Origin: Octopus vulgaris
Taxonomy: Eukaryota
Direction: 5' to 3'
Assembly: GCA_951406725.2 (NCBI GenBank)
Contig: OX597827.1
Location: 56,854,001 to 56,918,000, forward strand
Length of the DNA: 64,000 bases
In this document: in pieces, positions 13,541 through 27,117 of the stretch
How the letters are laid out: each line of letters starts with the position of its first letter
Numbering within the stretch: position 1 is the first letter of the stretch
Made by a program: the position numbers and the translations under genes
The notes under the pieces: generated by a model
What the model was told of the DNA's origin: nothing
The model's database searches: none
Seen by the model: only the letters and a program-made list of their open reading frames with translations

Positions 13541-15085
13541 TTATGCACACTGTACAGAAGTTTCTAGATTCTCATGACATGGACAACGCACAATTCTTTT
13601 TGGTAACAGCAAAGATTTTAAAAAAGACAGAGAAATTTGAAGGATTGCTTTGGTACAATGGTAGAATGTTTGCCATGTTTACAGAAGGTTTCAGTTCAAG
13701 TCCCACAAGCAGCTTTTGACTTTTCCCATCCAAAGGATTTTTTAACCAAGTAGTCATCGTATAATCATCATCACACAATGCCTGTTTTCCATGCTGGCAT
13801 GGGTGGAATGGCTTAACAACAACAACAAAAACAACAACAACAACAACAACAACAACTGCAGCAGCAGCAGCAAACAAACGATCTTACAATTCAGATAGCA
13901 GAGGCAAGCAACTAAGCCGATGTTGCAAAGGATGTTCGCAGCGATGGTAGGAATGACAGCAAGGATAACCAAGCAGTAATAATATTGTAAACAAAATATA
14001 GGAATACAATGATTTAGTTATTCCAGATGCTATTTAATCTTGTCACTAAATCAATTAACTTTGTACAGGTATAATATTGCCATATTCAATATGATATTCA
14101 GTATAGTTACAAAGGGCTTCATCACCTCTGGCTTTGTTTTTATTAAGTTTCACATAAGGCAACGGTGTTTGTTTGTCATTTCCTATATTTCCAGCGTTAT
14201 ATTTGGATTTGATTAGTTTCTTTCAGTTATATTTGATCAACTGTTATTTACTTACTGGACAATAGGTTTAAATTCTCTAAATCACATACAAGTCAGTTCT
14301 TTCTAATGCTTACTTACTAAGGTGGGGTAGGACTTAGTTAAAAGTATTTGTGAAACACTCTTCTAGACACCTTTTCTTTCTTTGCCTTTTTTCTTTCTCT
14401 CTCTTTCTCGCTCTCTCTCTTTTTTTTTACATCAATTGTGAAGCTGATAATCATTATGATTATGATAAGGAGAGCGGATATGCTTAAAATGTAGTAAAAC
14501 AGCATCAGTGTGTGATGATTTGAAACATGAAGCTGAAATTTGAATGAGCAAAAAAGACTTCTGAGGATTAAGGCTATCAAATGATGCTTGCGACAAAGAA
14601 CATTAGAACTGTGTAAATATAGCTGAGCAAATGTTACAGGCTTATGGACGGCGTATATAGATATGGATGAAAGTAGGCAGTAAAGAACATCAATCTGGAA
14701 TAAATAAATAGTGAGGAATAAAGTAAAATAGAAGCAGCTGTTATAGAATTGTTTTGACCACTTGGTTCTGTGTATAATTTTACATTTGTAATTAGAGATT
14801 AGGTAGTTGCTATGCTCATTCCTTTTTTGAATGTTATAAAAGATATCAATCTGTGAATTTGTTTTTTTTTAGTGTGAACTTATGATCAAATTATAAACAT
14901 TTGCTATCATCATCATCATCATCATCATCATCATTTAACGTCCGCTTTCCATGCTAGCATGGGTTGGACGGTTCAACTGGGGTCTGGGGAGCCCGAAAGC
15001 TGCACCAGTCCAGTCAGATCTGGCAGTGTTTCTACAGCTGGATGCCCTTCCTAACGCCAACCACTCCGAGAGTGTAGTGGGTGAT

Positions 15086-17120
15086 TTTATGTGCCACCGA
15101 CACAGGTGCCAGACGAGGCTGGCAAACGGCCACGCTCGGATGGTGTTTTTTATGTGCCACCGACACAGGTGCCAGACGAGGCTGGCAGACGGCCACGCTT
15201 GGATGGTGTTTTTTATGTGCCACCGACACAGGTGCCAGACGAGGCTGGCAGACGGCCACGCTCGGATGGTGTTTTTATGTGCCACCGACACAGGTGCCAG
15301 ACGAGGCTGGCAGACGGCCACGCTCGGACGGTGTTTTTATGTGCCACCGACACAGGTGCCAGATGAGGCTGGCAAACGGCCACGATCGGATGGTGCTTGT
15401 TACGTGCCCACAGCACGGAGGCCAGTCGATGCGGTACTGGCTACGGCCACGTTCGGATGGTTTTCTTATGTGCCACGTGCCACTGGTACCACAAAGATAC
15501 AAATTCCATTGATGTTCATCTATTTTGATTTGTTTTGATTTTCACTTGCCTCAACAGGTCTTCACAAGTGTCACAAGAAGGAAGGTATGCACAGGTGGAC
15601 TGACTACGTCCCAGGTAGGGGCCATGGGTTATGGCCTGACTAGTCTTGCCGGGTCTTCGGATGGTGTTTTTATGTGCCACCGACACAGGTGCTAGATGAG
15701 GCTGGCGAACGGCCACGATCGGATGGTGTTTGTCATGTGCCCACCGCACTGACTACAGCACTGATGGATTTCTTGTGTGTCACAGGCACTGGTACCACAA
15801 GATACAAATTCCATTGATGTTCATCTATTTTGTCTATTTTGATTTGATTTGATTTTCACTTGCCTCAACCGGTCTTCACAAGTGTCACAAGAAGGAAGGT
15901 ATGCACAGGTGGACTGACTAGTCTTGCCGGGTCTTCGGAAGGTGTTTTTATGTGCCACCGACACAGGTGCCAGATGAGGCTGGCGAACGGCCATGATCGG
16001 ATGGTGTTTGTTACGTGCCCACAGCACGGAGGCCGGTCGATGCGGAACTGGCTACGGCCACGTTCGGATGGTTCTCTTGTGTGCCACCGGCACTGGTACC
16101 ACAAAGTGTGTGCCACCGGCACTGGTACCACAAAGATACAGATTCCATTGATGTTCATCTATTTTGATTTGTTTTGATTTTTTGATTTTCACTTGCCTCA
16201 ACAGGTCTTCACAAGTGTCACAAGAAGGAAGGTATGCACAGGTGGACTGACTACGTCCCAGGTAGGGGCCATGGGTTATGGCCTGACTAGTCTTGCCGGG
16301 TCTTCGGATGGTGTTTTTATGTGCCACCGACACAGGTGCTAGATGAGGCTGGCGAACGGCCACGATCGGATGGTGTTTGTCATGTGCCCACAGCACGGAG
16401 GCCAGTCAATGCGGTACTGGCTACGGCCACTTTCGGATGGTTTTCTCTTGTGTGCCACCGGCACTGGTACCACAAAAATACAAATTCCATTGATGTTCAT
16501 CTATTTTGATTTGTTTTGATTTGATTTTGATTTTGATTTTCACTTGCCTCAACAGGCCTTCACAAGTATCACAAGGAGGAAGGTATGCACAGGTGGACTG
16601 ACTACGTCCCAGGTAGGGGCCATGGTTTATGGCCTGACTAGTCTTGCCGGGTCTTCGGAAGGTGTTTTTATGTGCCACCGACACAGGTGCTAGATGAGGC
16701 TGGCGAACGGCCACGACCGGATGGTGTTTGTTATGTGCCCACAGCACGATGGCCAGTGATGCGGTACTGACTACGGCCATGTTCGGATGGATTCTTGTGT
16801 GCCACCGGCACTGGTACCACAAGCGGTACTGACTACTTTCTATGTGCCACCGACACAGGTGCTAGATGAGGCTGGCGAACGGCCACGACCGGATGGTGTT
16901 TGTTATGTGCCCACAGCACGATGGCCAGTGATGCGGTACTGACTACGGCCACGTTCGGATGGATTCTTGTGTGCCACCGGCACTGGTACCACAAGCGGTA
17001 CTGACTACGGCCACGTTCGGATGGATTCTTGTGTGCCACCGGCACTGGTACCACAAGGATACAAATTCCATTGATGTTCATCTATTTTGATTTGTTTTGA
17101 TTTGATTTGATTTTCACTTG
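15086..17120 (-). repeat. Complex tandem array inside a family C SINE
   Basis: About 5 copies of a 62-63 bp unit (15086-15395), then ~300-340 bp composite units marked by ttccattgatgttcatctattttg near 15503, 15809, 16143, 16485 and 17066. Confidence 0.92.
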
Positions 17121-17272
17121 GTGGTTGGTTGTTGTTGTTGTTATTGGTGGTGGAAGAAGAAGAAGAAGAGTGGAAATGAAAAGAAAAAATTATTGATACA
17201 CTGACAATAAGACAATACAGTAAAATGAGGGTTAACAGAAGTTACAGCTCTTTTTTGTCTTAAATATTTCAG

Positions 17273-17420
17273 TCAATGATTGCTAACCGACAGATAACTC
17301 AATTGGCAGATACTAAAAGTTATGTTCCTGTGTTCATCAATTTCTCAGCACAAACTAGCAGCAAGCAGACACAAGACATCATAGAATCAAAACTGGAAAA
17401 AAGACGAAAAAATGTTATTG
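17273..17420 (+). CDS. DNAH6: Dynein heavy chain exon (SMIANRQ...INFSAQTSS...[11 protein letters not shown])
   Basis: ttcAG acceptor, GTaatg donor, phase 0/1; NFSAQT motif; not in the ORF track. Confidence 0.93.
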
Positions 17421-20112
17421 GTAATGCCTGTGATTTTTTTTCTCTTTTTTACTAACCAGTTACTTTGTCCATCTTACCAAAAGTGACAGTCTGTTCTTTT
17501 TTTCTGAGAATCATCTTGAAAACTTCTACCTTAATTTAACCTCACATTTTTTTATTTATTTAAGGAACCTTCAAATATGTCTAATCCATTATACTTCAGA
17601 TTTGATATGGCTTCTACAAATTATGAGCAATGTCCTCCCCGATCTTTTTTTTTTTTACCAAGCATATATTAAAACAAGCAATAAAATGAATATCAAAACA
17701 AATGATATAGTTATAAATAATGTAAACAAGGTGATGTACCCTGTTGACCAAATAATATTTGACAGGCTTAGCACAATTAATTTGAAATTGAGGAACAGGG
17801 AAGAAGATACATAAAATATACATACATAATTTTTTTGCCTACTCATTATGAAAATCTCAAAATTATTAGTCTTAAGTAATCATGTATAGCACCATTTCAT
17901 TCTTATTAGAAATTGCCAGCAAGACATAATCTGAGGCAAATAAATTAAATTAAACTAAATTGAATATTACAGAAGGAAAATAATTACAGTTGATACTTCT
18001 AACAGTGGGTTTTGTATAATTTCACTCATTAAATCATTATTGACAACAAATTTTAATATATGTTTTGTTAAAAATGTTTCACTTAACTGAGATAGAGTCA
18101 AATATTAAATGTCTATACTTTATGTTTAATTTTTCATGATCAGCTGTAAACTTGAACCTGTGATTAACCACATTAACTTTGGAGAATGGAAAACTGAAGT
18201 ATATTTGATGAATATGTTCTTTATTAGGGTTTCAATATTATAAGAGATGTGCAGTGTCTCCTACAGGAATTAAAATACAAGTCAACCCTAATCTGACAGA
18301 TTTGTGATTAAAGGTGTTCCAGCCATGGCCATTCTGTCCTTTTGTATATCTGATGATGATGATGATGATGATGTAACTACATTGCATCTTCTCTTTCTTT
18401 TTCCAGATGATAGGTTATGATTTGATGGGAATTTGACTGTTGATTCTCACAGGTCTAGTAACCCTGTAAAGATTCCCTTGCTAGTTTCGTTGTGGGAACA
18501 GCCTGTGTAAAATACTTATTCCTCCTTTGTTCTGCGAGTATTCTTATAGATACAGATAATATCTTCCACCTCTCTTACCATTCTACCACAAGGTCCAGTT
18601 CTTGTTGTGTGGTGGCTTGTGTCCCTCATTAACTCTGAGAACTTTGTCTGTTGAGTGCAAGATACTGGTAGACCCTTCCATGCTGGTCAGATCAAAAGAT
18701 AAAATCCAGACTAATATGGGCCACTTCTTCCCTGAGGTAAAATTGGGTTTGTGTAGAGCAGTGGTCTTCAACCATTTTTTTTTTTTTACCTATGAACCCA
18801 TTTGATTCTTGGAACATCCTCTTGTAAAATTTCATCACCAAAACGAATGAGCATAGAAATATTTTTGGAATGATTTGAAACCTTACTTTTCCATTATTAG
18901 ATTTATCTGATTTGGTTGTGGTACAAATGTAATAATGGTTTCAAATTTTGGTACAAGGCCAGAATGTTCATTGGGGTTGAGGGCAAGTTGATCACATCAA
19001 TCTTAGTGCTCAGCTGGTACATATTTCATTGATCCCGAAAAGATGAAAGGCAAAGTCAACCTTGACAGAATTTGAACCCAGAACCTAAGGAAGGATGAAA
19101 TGCTGCTAAGCATTTTCCCCAGCATTCTAACAATTCTGCCAGCTCACCTCTTTAATAAAAAAACACCCAGTACACTCTGTAAATTGGTCAGCATTAGGAG
19201 GAGCAACCAGTCATGGAAACCAAACCAAAACAGACTATGGAACCCAGTGCAGCCCCTGGCCTTGCCAGTTCCTGTTAAGCCATCCAACCCATGCCACCAT
19301 GGAAATTAGATGTTAAATGTTGATGATAATGATGATTATACCTATCTTTGGTTTGGTACTGAGATTGAAAAAAAATCAACTTATAAAAAAAAAAAGGACA
19401 TATAAGTTAGACCAAAATGAAATTTTGAACCCCTAAGCTAATTTTATTCCCACATTTATAAGTAGTAAGATAAGTAAATAAGTAAAGCATTGAACTACTT
19501 GACCTTGAATCAAGATTTCAAATCAGTTACTGGTGTTGTATTTCTGGTCAGAACATATTCAGCATCAATTAATATACCTTTTGAGGGAAGTTATGAATAA
19601 TCTTTGAATGTTACTCATGTTAGGCTGGTTTGATTTTTTATTTGCTTCTTATTATGAAATTTTGAAGAAAATGTCAACTACCCAGACCTCCAAATCTGTA
19701 TAGAACTCAAGTTTTATTTTTTTTTTTCAGAATTGTTAGCATGCTGAGCATTTCATCTGTCTTTACATTCTGAGTTCAAATTCTACTGAGGTTAAATTTG
19801 CCTTTCATCCTTTTGGGGTTGAGAAAATAAGTTACAATTGAGCAGTAAGGTCGATGTAATCAGCTTATCCTTCCCCTAATATTGCTGACCTTGTGTCAAA
19901 CTTTGAAATCAATATTTAAATTAAATTTCTGAGTTCAAATTTCACTGTGATCAACATTGCCTTTCATCCTTTTGGGGTCGATAAAATAAGTACCAGTTGG
20001 ACACTGGGGTCAATCTAATTGACTTACGCACTACCCTAAACTTATTGGTCTTGTGCCCAAATTTGATACCAATATATACATATTTTAAATTTCTGTTGCT
20101 TTTCATTTATAG

Positions 20113-20270
20113 GTGCTCCAAAGGAGAAACGTGTGATTATTTTTATTGATGATATTAACATGCCTAAACTGGATACTTATGGTTCTCAACCACCTATTGA
20201 ACTTCTGAGGCAATATCAAGATTTTAAGGGATTTTATGAACGAAACAAATTCACTTGGCTTGATATAGAG
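20113..20270 (+). CDS. DNAH6: Dynein heavy chain exon (APKEKRVIIFIDDINMP...WLDIE), AAA3 Walker B
   Basis: tatAG acceptor, GTaatc donor, phase 1/0. Confidence 0.95.
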
Positions 20271-20446
20271 GTAATCTTAAAGAAATATCTTCTGAAAAAA
20301 TTATTCTTGTTTTGAATTTTGAGAATCCATAATCTTTTTAAACTTTAGCAGAGAATGTTGTTGGATACACAAAGAACCCCCCCCCCCCCACACACACACA
20401 CTAAATCAAATAGAGAGATTCAATTGACAATCTAACAGTTTATTTA

Positions 20447-20638
20447 TTGGGTTGTCCAGAAAGTTCGTGCCGATTTTTAAAGGAAAGAAAAAGGTCAATA
20501 AATACTTGCCATTACATTTTTAATCAACCAAATATGAACCATTTTGTTGCACAATGCATCTCCAGAATTGAGGTGCCTGGGAGGGTAAGTTGAAAGGTAA
20601 GCTACTATAAATTGGCATGAACTTTCCGGACAACCCAA
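20447..20638 (-). mobile_element. Mariner MITE, same family as 34436-35052
   Basis: Same TIRs (ttgggttgtccagaaagttcgtgccgattt); keeps the C-terminal codons WRCIVQQNGSYLVD* on the minus strand. Confidence 0.88.
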
Positions 20639-20754
20639 TGTATTGTAATATAACATAATATACTATGAATATAATATAATATAACATAAAAATATACCAG
20701 TGAATTGGATGTATTACACACCCCTTTGAAGGGATTTCTTTCCTTAATTTATCA

Positions 20755-20800
<46 letters not shown>

Positions 20801-21744
20801 GTGTGTGTGTGTGTGTGTAGGTGTGTGTGATGGTGCAGCTTTGTGGTTAGGGTATTTGGCTCACAATTGTAAGGCCACAAGTTCAATTCCCAGTGGCTCG
20901 TTGTGTCCTTGAGCAAGACACTTTATTTCACATTGCTCCAGTCCACTCAGCTGGGTTTGTTTATAAAAATATTATTTATGTAGTATTCAAACAGTTTAAG
21001 TATATACCAACTAAATTTGACTGAAATTGATGGGTGAGCGTTTGGACAATCAGATTCGCAAGGAGCCATGACAGCTACGATTTGTGGGTTCGATTCAGCC
21101 TGAGGTTAGCTCATCATTTTTCAGTCATTTGTTTATATTTAAAAATTGTCACTTCAAATTCAGAGATTAAATATCATCATGATATATATTATATACAGTA
21201 GGCATAGGAGTGTCTGTGTGGCAAGTCGTAGATGTAGGAGTGGTTGTGTGGTAAGTAGCTTTCTTATGAATCACATTGTTCCAGGTTCAGTCTAACTGCT
21301 TGGCACCTTGGGCAAGTGTCTTCTACTATTGCCTCGGGCCGACCAAAGCAGTAGAATTATAAATGTGGTTGTCGTGTCTTGGAAAAGAATTAGATACATA
21401 CAGAAAAGCAAGGTGACATTCAGAAAATATCAGTTAAATGTTTTATCTGCTGCTTGAGAAGACATAGTGAAATTTTGAGAAACTATGGAGTGATTTCTAG
21501 TTTATAACTTAGCAAAGATATATGGAATAATTAGTTTTAATTAATACTGAATCTAATTTCATTGCTTTATAGTTTGTGGGTCATTTGTCATATTGTATGT
21601 TATTGTGTACAACAGCACTTCTATTAGGGCGTAGGTATAGACTTCTCATAGATTACTAAGATATTTTGGCTATAAGCAACAGTTAATGCATTTAGCCTGT
21701 GCTTCTGTTAATTTCTTTGCTGCATGTGGTTTTATGCAGCACAG

Positions 21745-21800
21745 AATTTTGTCAGTGAACAGATTGCAGTCTCAAAGCGACGAAAATATTTTGACAAATT
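21745..21800 (+). ncRNA. Hammerhead-like motif with G3-C8 core
   Basis: aattttgtca-GTGAACA-g attgc..gcgac-GAAA-atat-TT-tgacaaatt; same family at 49920-49975(-) and 50012-50067(+). Confidence 0.55.
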
Positions 21801-23234
21801 AAACTTAAATGTTGAAGTGAATCTAATGGATTTTGTGTGTTTCTTAAATGGCTTATAAACACCTTCCATGCTGCAATTGTTTTCATTCCAGCACACTATC
21901 TCTGATCAGGTCACTTGCTATGCAAGTACATCTCCATAAATATAATTTCTGTCTATTTAATAGTTGCAGGTCTATATTGGTTTATTGCCACATTGCCGAC
22001 AGTCAAAGCCTGATAGTTAAATCATGGAATTCTGTTAGATAATTTTAATTATGTTTTAAGTATGTTAGTGAATATTTTCAATATAATTGGGGTCTTTTAG
22101 TCAAGTTTATATTATTTTACATTATTTATATGTTTTTAGGTGAAATAATCATTTAAATATATTTCTTGTAATTAAGGTTTATTTTAAATAGATATTGATC
22201 TCTACTAGTTAAAGTAATATATTATTCTGCTAGTTTACATTTGGTTCATTTTAATTACGTTTTTGTGTTTGAAATAAATGCTATAGATTGTGGAGTAGCA
22301 ATGTTTATTGGTCTATGTTCTGTAATTAATCTATATATTTGAAGTTTTAGCTTGGTTATTCACTAGGTTATTATTTTCTGTTTTATGTACTGGTAATGTA
22401 TGTTTTTGATGTAGTTCATCAATTTTTATTCAATATGTTTAGTTTGCTAGTGCATCTTAAGTTCTATAATCATCAAGGTAGCAGTGTTCATTTTGAAGAT
22501 ATTTCTATGTTTTAATGTGTAGTATTTTTAATTTCTGCACTTCATAGCTATAGGTAGGAAATGATTTATGTCTGAGATTTGATCCTTGCATTTGTAATAA
22601 TATGTAGGTGTAGAAATAATGGACATATTTTATTAATGTTTCACTCTTGCTTTTTGTCTGTTAATTCTTAGGCAGCAGTTATGTTTACAATACTGTTGAC
22701 ACTGCTAGACTGAATGATACTGTCCAAGGGTTGAAACTCTGATATCTACTAGGCAGCTGTTGATGGAAGTACATGTTTGATGTGTTTGTTGTCTGTGAAT
22801 CATTTATATCTTCTGCTCTCATTGCTCTAAGTTGTCTGCCATTCTCATAGGGTCAGACTTGTTAAGAGATTCTTAGTTTTATGATTTCTAGTGGTTTATA
22901 TTGTATCCAGCATTGGTATAGTATGATTGTCCTTCATAGGGTGAGATGATGACTCAGGAAAATCACCTGAATAGAGGTCTTGCAAGCCTTGTTCTCTACT
23001 TAGCAATTAGTAAAACTTGTACTGTAAATCTCATCTGGATGGTTTTCCTTTTATAAGTCCCAAATTACACTGATGGTTGAAAATAATTGGAAATGCTTAT
23101 CATATATGATACATGGATGCCAGGAAAATATCCAAACCAGGGAAATATCATGTATTTCCCTGGCATGGATGCTAGGGAAATGTCACAGGTGATTCACAGT
23201 ACTGGAAAAAGGTTAATATATTCAGGATATTTAA

Positions 23235-23677
23235 CCCTTTAGCATTTAAACTGGCCATATCCAACTTAGATAATCTATGGGGGGGTGTTGAAAAGTTCCT
23301 GCTTTTAAGGGTATTGTGAAATGCCTGGTTGGATGCCCGACATTCTGAGTTCTTTTACAGGGCTTAGAAGAACTGAAGGACCACTGCAATAAGTGTGAGA
23401 ATCTGAGAAAGGAATATGTTGAATAAAACCATAATTAACTGATCCTCCTCTATTTTATTTTCTTCAAAGCCAGGAACTTTTCAGTACCCCCTCGTATCTG
23501 TTTTATGTTCAAACTGACCAGATCTGGCCTCTCACACCTACCCTACAATGTCATTCTAAAAACAAACAATCGCATCATCAAAATCTTGCTTAAAGTGACA
23601 AGATAATGTATGATTAATGTAAAACAATGTGAATATATAAACATTACATTTGACAGACAAATCTGAAACCTAAAGGG
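23235..23677 (+). mobile_element. piggyBac-like MITE (TTAA|CCCTTTAG...CTAAAGGG|TTAA) interrupted by a mariner MITE
   Basis: TTAA on both sides, short TIRs; related copies at 11747, 25796 and 34302. Confidence 0.8.
23278..23494 (+). mobile_element. Mariner MITE of a third family
   Basis: TIRs gggggtgttgaaaagttcctg / caggaacttttcagtaccccctcg, TA flanks, remnant FFTGLEELKDHCNKCENLRKEYVE*. Confidence 0.85.
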
Positions 23678-25002
23678 TTAATGCGTGCAAACTCCCTGTA
23701 AAATCATTTTTGATATTAGCGGATCATCATCAACAGCATCAGTTTATTTTTTTTTATATTTCTGTTAATCTTGGTTAAGATGGATCCATGTTTGCAATAA
23801 AGCAGACAGTGTAGACTAAATGTTGGAGATGTTACATTGCCTGAAAAAAGAATGCATAGTCTGGATTGAAATGAGTATGGATCTTTATTTCTGTATTATT
23901 TAAAGGAAGTGGAGAGGATGGTGCTCATAACTGTTTAATGTCCATCCATATTGAAATGGTTAATGTAATTAATAATGACAGTATAGTTAAGGGAAAATAC
24001 CTCAGGGGAGTCTTCTGCACACTAAATACAAATATCATAGAGCGTCACATATGTAATATGATAATATGATGAGTAATAAAGAATTTGACTAAGTGAGTTT
24101 ATCCATGCAATTAATAAACAAGAATTTCCTGTAGGGTGTTTAAAATCTTCACACAACGGAGCATGGAAGATGACTTCAGTAAAATTAGTAATTAGAATTT
24201 TTAGGAAAATATTTATAGAAAATGCAATATTGAAGTGGGATTTTGTCTTTAAAACCAATTAATGAAGACAGTGGACAGGTTTCACTCTAATTAGATCTTC
24301 TCAGCAAAATGTTATGTTCATTTGGAATATTGTCAATGTCCATAATCAGCATCAGTACTTCCCCTCTATTTCTGTATGTGTGTGTGTGTGTGTGTGTTTA
24401 TCACATGTATATCACATAATGTAATCGTGACCTGACTATCAGATGTCTTTATACATTGATGGACGCAATAGACTTTGTATTTACTACAATAACTGAACAG
24501 AGCAACTTTATGAGATTATATTATATTGACAGTGGAGGTGCATGGCTTTGTGGTTGGGGTGTCAGCATCATGATCGTAAGACTGTGGTTTCGATTCCTGG
24601 ACCAGGCGATGCATTGTGTTCTTGAGCAAAACACTTCATTTTCACATTGCTCCAGTCCACTCAGCTAGCAAAAATGAGTAATTCTGCAATGGACTAGCAT
24701 CCCGTCCAGCTGGGGAACACATGCGCCATTGAAACCGGGAAACCAGGCCCATGAGCCTGGCTAGGCTTTAAAGGGCACATTTATTTATTTATTTATTATA
24801 TTGATAGATATCGTTTGATTTATGTGATGGATAACTTTGTTTTTGTTTTCCTATAAAGGAAGATATTGCACTAATCCTCTTTTTCTGCAACCATTATATT
24901 TTAAATATATTTACTCGTTATTTCCTGTATGCCTATTGTAAACATTAAAGTTAATGAATTTTGAGAATATATTTTTGAAATATTTCATAAAAATCATTGC
25001 AG

Positions 25003-25134
25003 GATGTGACCTTGTCAGCTGCTTGTGCACCTCCTGGTGGTGGTCGAAATGCTATCACACCAAGACTTGTCCGTCATTTCAGTGTTTTCAACATACCTCC
25101 TCCTGCGGAACATAGTCTCAAGTTAATGTTTACT
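25003..25134 (+). CDS. DNAH6: Dynein heavy chain exon (DVTLSAACAPPGGGRNAITPRLVRHF...LMFT)
   Basis: tgcAG acceptor, GTaagt donor, 44 codons; not in the ORF track. Confidence 0.95.
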
Positions 25135-25208
25135 GTAAGTTGATATATTGCATAATATTGGATTAGATTAACTGGTATAAGATTATCACAAATTATTGGA
25201 TTATTATG

Positions 25209-25763
25209 CAGGGTGTCCCCATAAAATTGACGTCATTTCATAGTCTAATAATGTAACCAATTCTTGCTTAAATGATCTCAAATTTTAACAAATTGTGTAA
25301 AAAAATAGCTAAATTTGGATTGGGCATGCCAGTGATAATGATAATGTGCTGTTGAAATGGGCACCATGTTCACCTGACTTGACCACCTTGTGATGTTTTT
25401 CTATGGAGCTATGTGAAAGAACCTATCTATATCTCCCCTCTTCCTACAAGTCTAAAGGAACTCAAGTAATGAATCACTGAAGTGCTGGAGAATGTTACAC
25501 AAGACAAGCTACAGCATGCTTGGCGGGAGCTGGACTACCAACTTGATGTGTGTCATGTCAAAGGCAGTGCGCATATTGAACAGTTGTGAGGCTTTGTGAA
25601 ATTGATTATATAATCCACATCCCTCTTGATTTCTTGTTTGAATTTTGATAAATAAATCTTTTATCATTCAACACGAAGCTTATTTAATTTCATTTGCCTA
25701 AGACATGTAGTTACTCAGCTATTCACAATTCAAATGATGTTAGTTTTGTTGGGGGACACCCTG
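25209..25763 (+). mobile_element. Deleted Tc1/mariner-superfamily element (DD41D/rosa-like C-terminus)
   Basis: TIRs cagggtgtcccc / ggggacaccctg(ta); degenerate WAPCSPDLT..FLWSYVKEPIY...AWRELDYQLDVC...AHIEQL*. Confidence 0.75.
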
Positions 25764-25795
25764 TATTTATGCTTTGTGCCATTGCATTTCTTTAA

Positions 25796-25986
25796 CCCTT
25801 TAGCATTTAAACTGACCATATCTCTCCTAAATATTCTATTTGTTTTATGTTTAAACTGGCCAGATCCAGTCTCTCACATCTACCCTATCATTGAAGTCTT
25901 GAAGCCATGAGACAATACATGATTAGTTCAAAACAATGTGAATAAATAAGCAGTATGTTGGACAGAATAATCAAAATGCTAAAAGG
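25796..25986 (+). mobile_element. piggyBac-like MITE, uninterrupted copy
   Basis: ttaa ccctttagcatt ... aatgctaaaagg ttaa. Confidence 0.8.
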
Positions 25987-26804
25987 TTAAATTTGTCTTT
26001 CTTTTGTCATAATAGTTTTAGTTAACAACAATCAAAATTGGCTGCTTAAGTTGGTATATATATATATGTTAAAATTATAAATTAGGGTATCTATGAGATA
26101 CCACCATGCTGAAAATAGCAGCCATGATCCAACTCTAAAACCATCTTAAATGTTCATATAGCAACATGGAGAGAAGACTAAGAGACAAGATGAAACTAGT
26201 AAAAAATTACTAGATCATTCCAGTAGATACCCTAATTTATAATTTTAATAATTATTACCCTTGAAGGTTATTTTTTCCATGCTGGCCACTTGATAAGATC
26301 GTTATTTTATTTTAAATTAAAAATCTTATCCTTGTGATATCGAGATTAAACAGCTGAAATTGCTAAGATGATCCGGTTCCGACTGAAGATTAGAGGCTTC
26401 GAGTGACCCATCTGTTTTTTTTGTGTCGTCTCTTTGTGTGTTTTTGCGTTCTTGTCCCACTTTGTAATTTATATTTTATATTTAATTTCTATACATATAT
26501 TACTGCGGTGTAACATACCCCTATCTCCTATGTGTATATATATATATATATATATATAAACTTTTACTTTTTTCAGTCATTTGACTGCAGCCATTCCTTT
26601 GCTTATAATATTATTTTATATTCAGTGCATCATAGTTAATACATCATGTGTTCTGTCTGTTTAAGCTCTGACTATATACGTCTTTTCTGGTTGCTGTTTT
26701 ATTTGTCTAACAGCCAAAATTATTTTTACAGGTTAGTAAAAAATAAAATAAAACTGCTATTAAATTTCCCTTGTTTTTTTTGTTGTTTTTTTTTGTTGTT
26801 GTAG

Positions 26805-26976
26805 GCTATTCTTAGCGGTTTCTTTATTGAGTTCCCACAAGCCATCCAGCACTGCGTTGAGTCGATTGTCTGCGCAGCTGTGGAGATTTATTGCAGCATG
26901 AAATCCGACCTCCTTCCAACACCAACTAAATCACATTATCTGTTTAATCTTCGTGATTTATCAAAATGTGTGCAAG
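26805..26976 (+). CDS. DNAH6: Dynein heavy chain exon (AILSGFF...LLPTPTKSHYLFNLRDLSKCVQG)
   Basis: poly-T tract then tAG acceptor, GTatga donor, phase 0/1. Confidence 0.95.
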
Positions 26977-27078
26977 GTATGAAAGTAGTATTCTTCCTTA
27001 AAAATTGTCCTTATTTCTTTCTCCATTATCATATCTATAAATGAAGATGAAACGTGTAACAGCTTTTAGCGTGGGAGG

Positions 27079-27117
<39 letters not shown>

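Noticed and set aside
15108-15135. CAGACGA/CAGATGA in the 62-bp repeat as a hammerhead core
   Set aside because: U4 is absent, and there is no GAAA or consistent three-helix junction.
14935-17081. Many overlapping ORFs and a CRISPR-like look in the tandem array
   Set aside because: Units are contiguous with no unique spacers, there are no cas genes, and the context is a eukaryotic intron. The ORFs arise from GC-rich repeats.
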